Shown: positions 8,459 through 15,686 of the stretch, in pieces
How the letters are laid out: the number at the start of each line of letters is the position of its first letter
How positions within the stretch are numbered: position 1 is the first letter of the stretch
Assembly: GCA_030628905.1 (NCBI GenBank)
Contig: DAOVQB010000076.1
Coordinates: 1-18,508 of the forward strand
Direction: 5' to 3'
Length of the DNA stretch: 18,508 nt
DNA from: Candidatus Eiseniibacteriota bacterium
GTDB lineage: Bacteria > Eisenbacteria > RBG-16-71-46 > CAIMUX01 > WJJG01
Notes under the pieces: generated by a model
Seen by the model: only the letters and a program-made list of their open reading frames with translations
Databases searched by the model: none
Told to the model about the DNA's origin: nothing
Made by a program: the position numbers and the translations under genes

Positions 8459-8714
8459 GATGTTAGCAAGAGCTGAGGAACTCCCAGTAGTGGGAGTAGA
8501 AAGGAGGTGGGCCGGGCCAAAGAGATAAATTGGGATTGCATGAAAGCATCCAGACTTAGAGAGACGGACTCCAAGGATTCGGGTTTGGCATCAGCGAAGA
8601 CCGTTTCATAGCATCTTTGGGACGATCGTCGGGCAAGCCAGACGAGTAGATGGCAACAGGGCGGCCCTACCATGGAATTGATTAGGGCAGCCTTTGATCC
8701 AGGAGGACAGTGAC

Positions 8715-9557
8715 ATGACGAGGTTTCTCGGAATTGTGGCGTTGTTGGTATGCGTTTGCACCGGTGCATACGCCAACGACGCGGACTACTCGAATTCCCG
8801 CCCGCCGGAGATCACACCCGTTGAAGGGGATTTCCCGATCCTGTTTGAGATTCCCTTGGATATGAACATCCAGTGCGTCGGCGTCGGCTTTGACGGCGAG
8901 TACTTCTGGGTGTCAGCCGGTGACTACCTGGGCGAATGCATGTTCTACATCTTCGATGAGTATGGCAACATGATCGATGAAGTCCCACAGGGCGGCGGCG
9001 CAACCGGATGGGGCCACCGTGATCTGGCGTTCGACGGCACGTACATCGTCGGCAGCTTCAGCCCCGATATCAATTGCTTCGAGCACTGGACCGTCTTATC
9101 CGGATTCTTCATCGGGCCCCTAGACCCGAACCGGGCGATGGCCTTTGACGGCACATACTACTACACCGGGGGCTACGATCAGAATCTCAAGAAGCTGACC
9201 TGGGACGGTAACTTCGGCAGCGTGGCCTTCGTCGAGGATCTGGGTGGTCCCTGGCAGGGAACCTATGGTCTGGCCTTTGACTGTGCGAATGATTGCCTGT
9301 GGATGACCATCTCGCTGGCGAGCGAACCGGGCTGGCTTCACCAGGTGACGACCAGCGGCTTTCTCCTGAATACCTACAGCCTCTTGCCGGAGTACGGTAG
9401 GCAGGCCGGCTGCACGATGGCCGACACGCGCTTCGGGCACATCCTCGTGGTCGTACAGCAGTCGGATCCCGACATGTTGACCTTCTATGACGTGGCCTCA
9501 AATCCCAGCCCCACAAATGAAGGGTCCTGGGGATCAATGAAGGCCATGTTCCGGTAG
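8715..9557 (+). CDS. secreted protein of unknown function with repeated ..AFDG.. beta-propeller-like blades; C-terminal tail ...EGSWGSMKAMFR
   Basis: The ORF track starts at TTG 8694. The ATG at 8715 follows SD AGGAGG + 8 nt and begins the signal peptide MTRFLGIVALLVCVCTGAYA. Repeated motifs are GVGFDGEYFW, DLAFDGTYIVG, AMAFDGTYYYTGG and GLAFDCANDCLWM. Confidence 0.8.
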   Translation: MTRFLGIVALLVCVCTGAYANDADYSNSRPPEITPVEGDFPILFEIPLDMNIQCVGVGFDGEYFWVSAGDYLGECMFYIFDEYGNMIDEVPQGGGATGWGHRDLAFDGTYIVGSFSPDINCFEHWTVLSGFFIGPLDPNRAMAFDGTYYYTGGYDQNLKKLTWDGNFGSVAFVEDLGGPWQGTYGLAFDCANDCLWMTISLASEPGWLHQVTTSGFLLNTYSLLPEYGRQAGCTMADTRFGHILVVVQQSDPDMLTFYDVASNPSPTNEGSWGSMKAMFR

Positions 9558-9905
9558 TATGGGTGTGGGCAAGCAGGGTCTAAGGCCCCGCTGCCCCGCG
9601 CGTTTTCAGAACGGATGAGTGAGGGAAGGCGGCGCAAGCTGCTTTCCCTCTTCGTTTAGCTGGCAGCGCTGTGGGCCGCGAATCTGTACGCACGCACTTT
9701 CTTGCGTTTCCGCGCAACTCGCCAAGTGGCTGAATCCAGCCTACAAGCGCTGGTGAGCAACCTTGCTGCAAAAGCGGCTCCGACTGCACGAGCGTAAATG
9801 TGCTTTACGGCAGCACATGTGAGGCAATGTCAAATCTCGTGTGTCAGGTCCAAAGAGCTACTGGTTCCGCAAGTGACCGAATCCATTGATCACTTGGGGG
9901 ATTCG

Positions 9906-9933
9906 GAGGTATAATTACAGAGGTATAATTACA
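9906..9933 (+). repeat. perfect 14-bp tandem duplication GAGGTATAATTACA x2, duplicating a consensus TATAAT -10 box upstream of the 9993 gene
   Basis: Copy 1 is 9906..9919 and copy 2 is 9920..9933, so TATAAT occurs at 9911..9916 and 9925..9930. A possible -35 TTGATC at 9886..9891 is 19 nt upstream of the first TATAAT. The ATG at 9993 is ~55-60 nt downstream. Confidence 0.6.
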
Positions 9934-9992
9934 GTTGAATGTGGGGTTTTTGAGCAGTATGGGATTCTGGGCCCACCATCCGGGAAAGATCA

Positions 9993-11876
9993 ATGAACCC
10001 TGCCCGCTGCACAGCATGTACGCAATGGGATTGTTGGACTGTCTGGGTGTGCTTGTTCCTATTAGTCCTGCTTCCCAGCCGCACCCCTGGAGCCGACCTT
10101 GTCTGGACCGATGATGACTGGTCTGGCAGCAACTACGCATCGACCGATGGCATAGACGCCGAAGTTCACCCAGGCCTGCTTGTACTTGAGAGCGAACTTG
10201 ACGACATCCGACTAGTGGGCAGTCCCACAGAGTTTCAAGGGATCTATTCGCTGGCTACCTACCACGACACATTGTTCCTCGCAGCCAGCGACTATCCGTA
10301 CATGTATGAAGGCGCTGATGTACTGACCTACGATTACATGACTGATGCGTTTGCCTTGGCCTATCAGCCTTATGAGTCAGGGCTACATGCTATCAAAGTG
10401 TTCGGTGACACCCTCTATATTCCGGGCCCCGATTCAATGGATCCGTGGGTGGAAGGAGGGAGTATTTACACCTACGACGGACATGCATGGATAGAGAAGG
10501 ATAACCTTCCCAGAGCCGTGCATGTCTGCGACGTCGAGGTGATGAACGATATGATCTTTGTCACAACTGGGCAACTGTGTGCCGATGGCTATGTCTTGGT
10601 AAGCCATGATTGGGGAGACAGCTTTACGGTTGTGTTCACATTGGAGGCGAACCACCCCGGTGGCTGGCGGCGGTTATATGGCGCCGGGCAACACGGGGGC
10701 CGTGTGTATTTCCAGCCCGATGGCCAGGAGCCGCAAAGCAACGTAGTCTATGCGACCACAGATGGAACCGAGTGGGACACGCTTTCAGTTCCGAACATGC
10801 CGGTGGAAAAGCAAGCGATGTTCACCGCATGGGGAGACTCCCTCCTGATGACGATTGGGAACCGGCTCTACATCTATGATGGGGGGGAGGAATGGCACCA
10901 GTACTGCCTCCCCTTCCAAGGCTGGCGATGGTGCCGCGGCATTCACATATACAAGGGGGATCTCTACGGCGGCGGGGATGACTGCCGGATCCACAGGTGG
11001 TTGCAGGGTTCGCAATGGGAGCTTGTGGCAGAGATGGGCGTGGATCCAGACCTGGAGGAGATCGAATCGATGGCGACCTACTACGGCCGCCTCTACATCT
11101 CGACCTCGCGTCCGTACGGGACAGGTGTCTATGGCCGACTCTTCGTCACCGCTTCCGTCCCCGATGGCCGGCTGGTTTCCCAAGTGCACGACTTCGGGAC
11201 ACCGACGATGGATGGCGCCCTGTTCTGGGATGACTTTCGTCCTGGACCGGAGAACACGACGCGGTTTCAGGTCCGTTCGGGGGAAACGCTAGAGGATCTG
11301 CTGGAGAACCTGCTTGTCGGTCCGGACGGAAGCACAACTACGTTCTTCGAAACCTCCGGTATCCCGCTGGACCCGGTTCACAGAGGACACCGGTACTTCC
11401 AGTACGCAGCAGACATGCTGTGCCCAGATGGGATGCGGGTGCCGTTGATCGAGAGCGTGACACTGGAGGTGGATTCTCTCGATCTGTCAGCAATCGGCGA
11501 GAAAGAGGATCTTGCGCGACGGCAGTTGCCCGCAGGGGAGGGGTCGGTGGACATGGGGCCATGGCTGCATCTTCAGCGCCCATGCCCAAACCCGGCGCGG
11601 GACAATGTTGATCTACGGGTCTCGCTTGAGGGCGCCGGATCCAGATTCTCTCTTCAACAGGATCCTTCTGCTGCTTGCCAGGTGCGCGTGACGGATCTTC
11701 TGGGCCGAGTCCTCCGCAGTCAGGAGCTGTCTCTGTCAGAAGCTGGAACTGTCTGCTGGCGTTGGGATCTGCGGGATGAAGCAGGCAATCCGGTTCCAAC
11801 CGGCGTGTACTATGCTACAATCGTGGCCCCCGGTAGAACGAGCGCGCCTGCGCAGCGGATGCTGGTCTTGCGATAG
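9993..11876 (+). CDS. secreted 627-aa protein with T9SS type-A / FlgD-Ig-like C-terminal sorting domain (N-terminal region beta-propeller-like, unknown function)
   Basis: The ATG at 9993 leads into a hydrophobic signal-like N-terminus (...WTVWVCLFLLVLLPSRTPGA). The C-terminus reads LHLQRPCPNPARDNVDLRVSL...VRVTDLLGRVLRSQELS...GTVCWRWDLRDEAGNPVPTGVYYATIV..RMLVLR, matching the CTD pattern. It is long and in-frame in GC-rich DNA. Confidence 0.8.
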   Translation: MNPARCTACTQWDCWTVWVCLFLLVLLPSRTPGADLVWTDDDWSGSNYASTDGIDAEVHPGLLVLESELDDIRLVGSPTEFQGIYSLATYHDTLFLAASDYPYMYEGADVLTYDYMTDAFALAYQPYESGLHAIKVFGDTLYIPGPDSMDPWVEGGSIYTYDGHAWIEKDNLPRAVHVCDVEVMNDMIFVTTGQLCADGYVLVSHDWGDSFTVVFTLEANHPGGWRRLYGAGQHGGRVYFQPDGQEPQSNVVYATTDGTEWDTLSVPNMPVEKQAMFTAWGDSLLMTIGNRLYIYDGGEEWHQYCLPFQGWRWCRGIHIYKGDLYGGGDDCRIHRWLQGSQWELVAEMGVDPDLEEIESMATYYGRLYISTSRPYGTGVYGRLFVTASVPDGRLVSQVHDFGTPTMDGALFWDDFRPGPENTTRFQVRSGETLEDLLENLLVGPDGSTTTFFETSGIPLDPVHRGHRYFQYAADMLCPDGMRVPLIESVTLEVDSLDLSAIGEKEDLARRQLPAGEGSVDMGPWLHLQRPCPNPARDNVDLRVSLEGAGSRFSLQQDPSAACQVRVTDLLGRVLRSQELSLSEAGTVCWRWDLRDEAGNPVPTGVYYATIVAPGRTSAPAQRMLVLR

Positions 11877-11878
11877 GC

Positions 11879-11935
11879 GCGTGGGAGGCTTGATGGTGCA
11901 TGGAAGGCGTGATGGCGCATGGGAGGCTTGATTAT
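11879..11935. repeat. three tandem 19-bp imperfect repeats spanning the stop of the upstream gene, the RBS and the start codon of the 11934 gene
   Basis: The units are GCGTGGGAGGCTTGATGGT (11879..11897), GCATGGAAGGCGTGATGGC (11898..11916) and GCATGGGAGGCTTGATTAT (11917..11935). Each contains an SD-like GGGAGG/GGAAGG followed by an ATG/GTG. Confidence 0.75.
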
Positions 11936-13643
11936 GAGGACAAGGAAAAACCTGCAAGCTCTGTTTGTGCTAGCCACCCTCGGGATTCTGCTGCATGCGC
12001 CTGGGGCAGCCAACGCGCTTGAGCCGGAGTGGACCTTCAGCACGGGTGCGCCGATGCTTTCCTCCCCGCAGTTCGCCGATGTGGATGGCGACGGCGCCCT
12101 TGAGGTCATCCTAACAACCTACGGGACAGGGGGCGCCGTCTATTCCTCGGGCTGGATCCATGTGCTCGATACAAGCGGCGAAGCGCTCCCCGGCTGGCCG
12201 TTCTACTCTAGCTATGCGTGCTTCTCGGCCAATGCGTGTGTGGGGGATGTCGATGGTGAACCGGGCGTAGAGATTCTGGCCGGGGATTGGTCCCGCCTGC
12301 ACCTCCTCAGCCCCGACGGCAACGAGTTGCCCGGATGGCCGCGGCCGATCGGCATCAACTACACTCCAGCCCTGGCCGACATGGACGGAGACGGGGATCT
12401 GGAGATCATTGTCGGCGACGGTAGTGTGCTATACGCGCTGCACGCCGACGGGACCATGATGCCAGGCTGGCCAGTTGTGGCTCCCGACCCGCTTGGGCCG
12501 CCTGCCGTGGGAGATCTGGATGGGGACGGGGAAGTGGAAGTCATTGCCGGGACCCTCCAAGGGCCCGTGGGCCCCGAACCCTTCGAGGTGTACGTGTGGG
12601 AGTTGGACGGATCAGTGAAGCCGGGGTTCCCCAAGTCCACTTCAGGGGTGTGCAAGGGCGCGCCGGCTGTGGGTGACATCGACGGGGATGGAGTCTATGA
12701 GATCGTGATTCCCGCCTACGACGAGTCAAACAACGATTATTTGTACGTCTGGGATGCCTTCGGCAACCCGGAACCTGGATGGCCCCAACGCGCGGGCCGT
12801 TGCCGACTTTCCCATCCAGCGCTAGCGGACATCGATGGCGACGGCCAGCTCGAGATCCTGATTGGGGGTGGGCGGGTGAATACTCCCTATCGTAGCGTGT
12901 TGTTTGCCTTCGAACCCTCGGGAGAGGCTGTAACTGGCTTTCCGATCGAGATCCCGCACGGCTCCCAGATCAACTCGGGTCCCATCGTAGGTGACCTAGA
13001 TGGAGATCCCACGCTGCTGGAGATTGTGGTCAAGGTCAGCAATCACATCTACGCGTATCACTCCGATGGGTCGCTGGTTGCCGGGTTTCCCTATGAGCAG
13101 AGCGACGAGTCGCACAGCGGCACGCATTCGCCGACGCCGGCCATGGCTGATGTTGACGAGGATGGGGACCTGGAGCTCCTCTTCTGCTCCTGCTTCGATC
13201 ATGTCGACTTCGTTGACCTGAACGATCCGGTTGATCTATCCCTCGCATACTGGCCCAGCATGAAGCTGGATGCCTGCAACAGTAGCTTCATGTATGCCGG
13301 CAGCGGAACCTGGGTACCCCCTGCGTTCGAAGAGGGCGGCTTTACGATCCTTCTCCAGAACGTGCCCAATCCACTGCGTTCCGGTTCATCCACATGGATT
13401 CCATTCCGCTTGGGCCGCCAGTCGTCTTGTGGGACCAGCCGCGGATCGTTCTGGATCGAGATCCTGGATCCGCAGGGTCGGTGCCTGCGGACGATCCCTG
13501 TTGTGGATCAGCAAGGGGGATCCAGCCGGGTTGCATGGGATGGCCAGGACAAGTTTGGGGTACCGGTTCCGTCGGGCGTCTATCTCTATCGCCTGGCCGG
13601 TGCAGAACGATCTCGGGCGCGAACCATGCAGGTTCTGCGGTGA
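11934..13643 (+). CDS. secreted FG-GAP repeat (integrin-alpha-like beta-propeller) protein with T9SS type-A / FlgD-Ig-like C-terminal sorting domain
   Basis: The ORF track starts at 11919. The ATG at 11934 has SD GGGAGG (11921..11926) + 7 nt and begins the signal peptide MRTRKNLQALFVLATLGILLHAPGAANA. There are eight FG-GAP-like repeats: DVDGDGALEV, DVDGEPGVEILAGD, DMDGDGDLEIIVGDG, DLDGDGEVEVIAG, DIDGDGVYEIVI, DIDGDGQLEILIGG, DLDGDPTLLEIVV and DVDEDGDLELLF. The C-terminus reads LLQNVPNPLRSGSSTWIPFRL...FWIEILDPQGRCLRTI...RVAWDGQDKFGVPVPSGVYLYRL. Confidence 0.88.
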   Translation: MRTRKNLQALFVLATLGILLHAPGAANALEPEWTFSTGAPMLSSPQFADVDGDGALEVILTTYGTGGAVYSSGWIHVLDTSGEALPGWPFYSSYACFSANACVGDVDGEPGVEILAGDWSRLHLLSPDGNELPGWPRPIGINYTPALADMDGDGDLEIIVGDGSVLYALHADGTMMPGWPVVAPDPLGPPAVGDLDGDGEVEVIAGTLQGPVGPEPFEVYVWELDGSVKPGFPKSTSGVCKGAPAVGDIDGDGVYEIVIPAYDESNNDYLYVWDAFGNPEPGWPQRAGRCRLSHPALADIDGDGQLEILIGGGRVNTPYRSVLFAFEPSGEAVTGFPIEIPHGSQINSGPIVGDLDGDPTLLEIVVKVSNHIYAYHSDGSLVAGFPYEQSDESHSGTHSPTPAMADVDEDGDLELLFCSCFDHVDFVDLNDPVDLSLAYWPSMKLDACNSSFMYAGSGTWVPPAFEEGGFTILLQNVPNPLRSGSSTWIPFRLGRQSSCGTSRGSFWIEILDPQGRCLRTIPVVDQQGGSSRVAWDGQDKFGVPVPSGVYLYRLAGAERSRARTMQVLR

Positions 13644-13656
13644 TGACCCGCGAGCC

Positions 13657-14214
13657 CTAACCAAGCATGTGAACCAGCAGGATCCGCAGGCCGATCAGAA
13701 TGAGGATCACACCTCCGGCGGCTTCCATCCGCCGACCGATGGCAGTACTCAGCCGATTACCGAGCCAGAAGGCAAGGAGGGTGAACACAGCCGTTACGGC
13801 TGCGATGACCGCGGCGGGAAGCCAGATGCTAACCTGCAGCATGGCCAGGCTAAAGCCGACCGCCAGGGCATCGATACTGACCGCCAAAGACAGGGCGATC
13901 AGGCTGCTGCCACGCAAGGGATCCCCACGGCTCTCCGCGGCTGGATCCATCCCGGACCGGATCATCCGAATGCCTACGAATACAAGCAGGCCAAGGGCCA
14001 TCCAGTGATCGAGCCATGCAATGAGCGCTGCGATACGAGTGCCCAGGACCCAGCCGATCACGGGCATAATGAAGTGGAAGAGACCAAAGTGAAAGGAGAG
14101 CCGGAACGCCGACCGGCGCCCCTGCGCCTGCCGGCTAGTCCCTGCTGCGAGAGACACGACAAAGGCATCCATCGCCAAGGCAATCGCAATCAGCAGAATC
14201 TCAAGCAGGTCCAT
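13657..14214 (-). CDS. mntP: putative manganese efflux pump MntP (DUF204 family)
   Basis: 185 aa with 6 TM helices. The N-terminus MDLLEILLIAIALAMDAFVVSLAAG carries the MntP hallmark AxSxDAFxVS. The family's internal duplication is present (..LIALSLAVSIDALAVGFSLA..). The SD is AAGGGA + 8 nt. Confidence 0.85.
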   Translation of the reverse strand: MDLLEILLIAIALAMDAFVVSLAAGTSRQAQGRRSAFRLSFHFGLFHFIMPVIGWVLGTRIAALIAWLDHWMALGLLVFVGIRMIRSGMDPAAESRGDPLRGSSLIALSLAVSIDALAVGFSLAMLQVSIWLPAAVIAAVTAVFTLLAFWLGNRLSTAIGRRMEAAGGVILILIGLRILLVHMLG

Positions 14215-14365
14215 TCCGATAGTCCCTTGCGCCCATTTGCCAGCAGGAGGATGTTGCCTGCCGTTTCGCGTGTTCTTTGGCCGACCGCAAACTGATGCCG
14301 CCCCTGCTGGCCGCGTGCGATGCCGCCCAGATCTTCCCCATTTCCAGGCGCTAAGGGCCCGCGGG

Positions 14366-15595
14366 TCAGAGGTCGGTGCCGAAGCGCAGCGCGTTCCTGT
14401 TCACCGTGAGCTTATAGGCGTCATGGAGCAGCTCGTTACCCTGCTGGCGGAAGGGTATATAAACGAGCAGCATACTATTGGGGCGGATTGTAGTCTCATT
14501 CAACTTGGGATAGAAGACCTGTGGCGGATTCAGGAAGGTGGCGAGGATGCTTGGCACTGCTTCAATGGCTTCCGATGCAGGCAACGTGATCGGCTGCCTG
14601 GGTTCCTTGGGAATCTGGGGAGTTATCGGATCGTCAGGTTGGGCCAGCGTGAGAGCTCGTGCGAGACGCAGGAACTTGTGCGGCTGGATCTTGAAGGCCG
14701 GGCTCCAGAAGTGAATGCGCTGATGTTCCCACTCCTCCCGGGGAATCTTGGGCAAGTTGGCAGCTCTAACCAGATCCGCATAGGATGCGAGCGGGATTCC
14801 ATCCACGTCGGCCTCGATGCGCCAGAACGGGAGATAGGAAGCGGTGTCGCCCCCGCCCGGGAGGAAACCGAATTCGAGCTGCGCAAACCCGCTGCGGTCT
14901 GATGTCCAGAGAGAACAGCAATTCCTACATGTCAATGCGATGGCGTTGCGTTCACCCTCCAGGTCCCAGCCGCAACGGGGACAGAGGGTGGGAGCAAAAG
15001 CGACGCGCCAATGCGCCTCCTCGGTGGCGGGCAGAAGATCACGCACCGTCTGCGGAGATGTCTTGGAGATGGGCCGATTCAGAACCGCGTCGAAAAGATA
15101 TTCCTCCAAGTAGAAGGGCGCGTAGATCAAGCTCAACGTCTCTCCAATGAAGGCCTGATGAAATACAGGATGGGAAATACCGCCATTGAACCGTTGGGTG
15201 AGCGCGCGGCTGGCTTCCTGCAGAGATATGCTGGGAGGCAGGAAGCGACCGGCTGTTTCGGTAGTGGCAAACTTGAGCTTCATGGCCTGTGTCCGCAGGC
15301 CGACCGATGGAGGGAAGTGCCGCGACTGGATGCCCTGAATGCTCGTGTCCACAAACCTGTGTTTGACCTCGTGGGGCACACAGGAATAGATGGCTCCCTT
15401 GAAGCGCCAGTACGGGAAGTAGAGCAACTCTCGATCAGGTGCCTTGTGCGGCAGGACGTAGCGGAATACATCGCCAGTCAGCAAGTATGACTTGACGCGG
15501 CAGTAGGCGCAGGTAAAGAGACGATCAGTCTCGTCCAGAATGGCCGGGGCGCCGCACTGAGGGCATTGATGCTCGATCTGGAAGCCCGCACGCAT
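14366..15595 (-). CDS. uncharacterised protein with two internally repeated modules, each a CxxC-X14-CxxC zinc ribbon followed 26 aa later by a Y(F/L)P(Y/F)WR(F/I) motif
   Basis: 409 aa and co-oriented, starting 91 nt downstream of the SPFH gene's stop. Module 1 is CPQCG..CAYC ... YFPYWRF. Module 2 is CPRCG..CRNC ... YLPFWRI. The start context is unusual: a G9 tract with no well-spaced SD before the ATG at 15595, so the exact start is uncertain. I cannot assign a family. Confidence 0.7.
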   Translation of the reverse strand: MRAGFQIEHQCPQCGAPAILDETDRLFTCAYCRVKSYLLTGDVFRYVLPHKAPDRELLYFPYWRFKGAIYSCVPHEVKHRFVDTSIQGIQSRHFPPSVGLRTQAMKLKFATTETAGRFLPPSISLQEASRALTQRFNGGISHPVFHQAFIGETLSLIYAPFYLEEYLFDAVLNRPISKTSPQTVRDLLPATEEAHWRVAFAPTLCPRCGWDLEGERNAIALTCRNCCSLWTSDRSGFAQLEFGFLPGGGDTASYLPFWRIEADVDGIPLASYADLVRAANLPKIPREEWEHQRIHFWSPAFKIQPHKFLRLARALTLAQPDDPITPQIPKEPRQPITLPASEAIEAVPSILATFLNPPQVFYPKLNETTIRPNSMLLVYIPFRQQGNELLHDAYKLTVNRNALRFGTDL

Positions 15596-15610
15596 GGCTG
15601 CCTATTGTCT

Positions 15611-15619
15611 CCCCCCCCC
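15611..15619. repeat. C9 (plus strand) / G9 (coding strand) homopolymer tract 16 nt upstream of the 14366..15595 start codon
   Basis: Read directly: ..tct ccccccccc agcc.. at 15611..15619. It lies in the 91-nt intercistronic gap of the SPFH/zinc-ribbon gene pair. Confidence 0.9.
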
Positions 15620-15686
15620 AGCCTTTTCCCTGCCTCCGCAGCGCCTCACGCGCTCAACCCCGGGCCATGGGTTCCGGACCAGGGCG

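Noticed and set aside
8540-8611. 23-codon small ORF as an annotated CDS
   Set aside because: It has no properly spaced SD, since AAAGGAGGTG is 30 nt upstream. It is too short to judge. I mention it only as a possible leader peptide in a finding.
10785-11799. Minus-strand ORFs of 134 and 153 aa plus several plus-strand alternative-frame ORFs
   Set aside because: They lie inside or antisense to the 9993..11876 CTD-cargo gene. Their compositions are Pro/Arg/Ala-rich.
13270-14295. 341-aa ORF on the plus strand
   Set aside because: It is entirely antisense to mntP and the intergenic region. Its Arg/Pro/Gly/Asp-rich low-complexity composition is typical of spurious ORFs in GC-rich DNA. It has no SD.
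14215-14365. Possible yybP-ykoY (Mn2+) riboswitch in the 151-nt leader of mntP
   Set aside because: mntP is a classic location for this riboswitch. The leader (minus strand) has GGGGAAGAUC where the family has the conserved GGGGAGUAG, and I could not find the UUGUCA / ACAUA elements. This is not a convincing match by eye. It would need cmsearch with RF00080 to settle.
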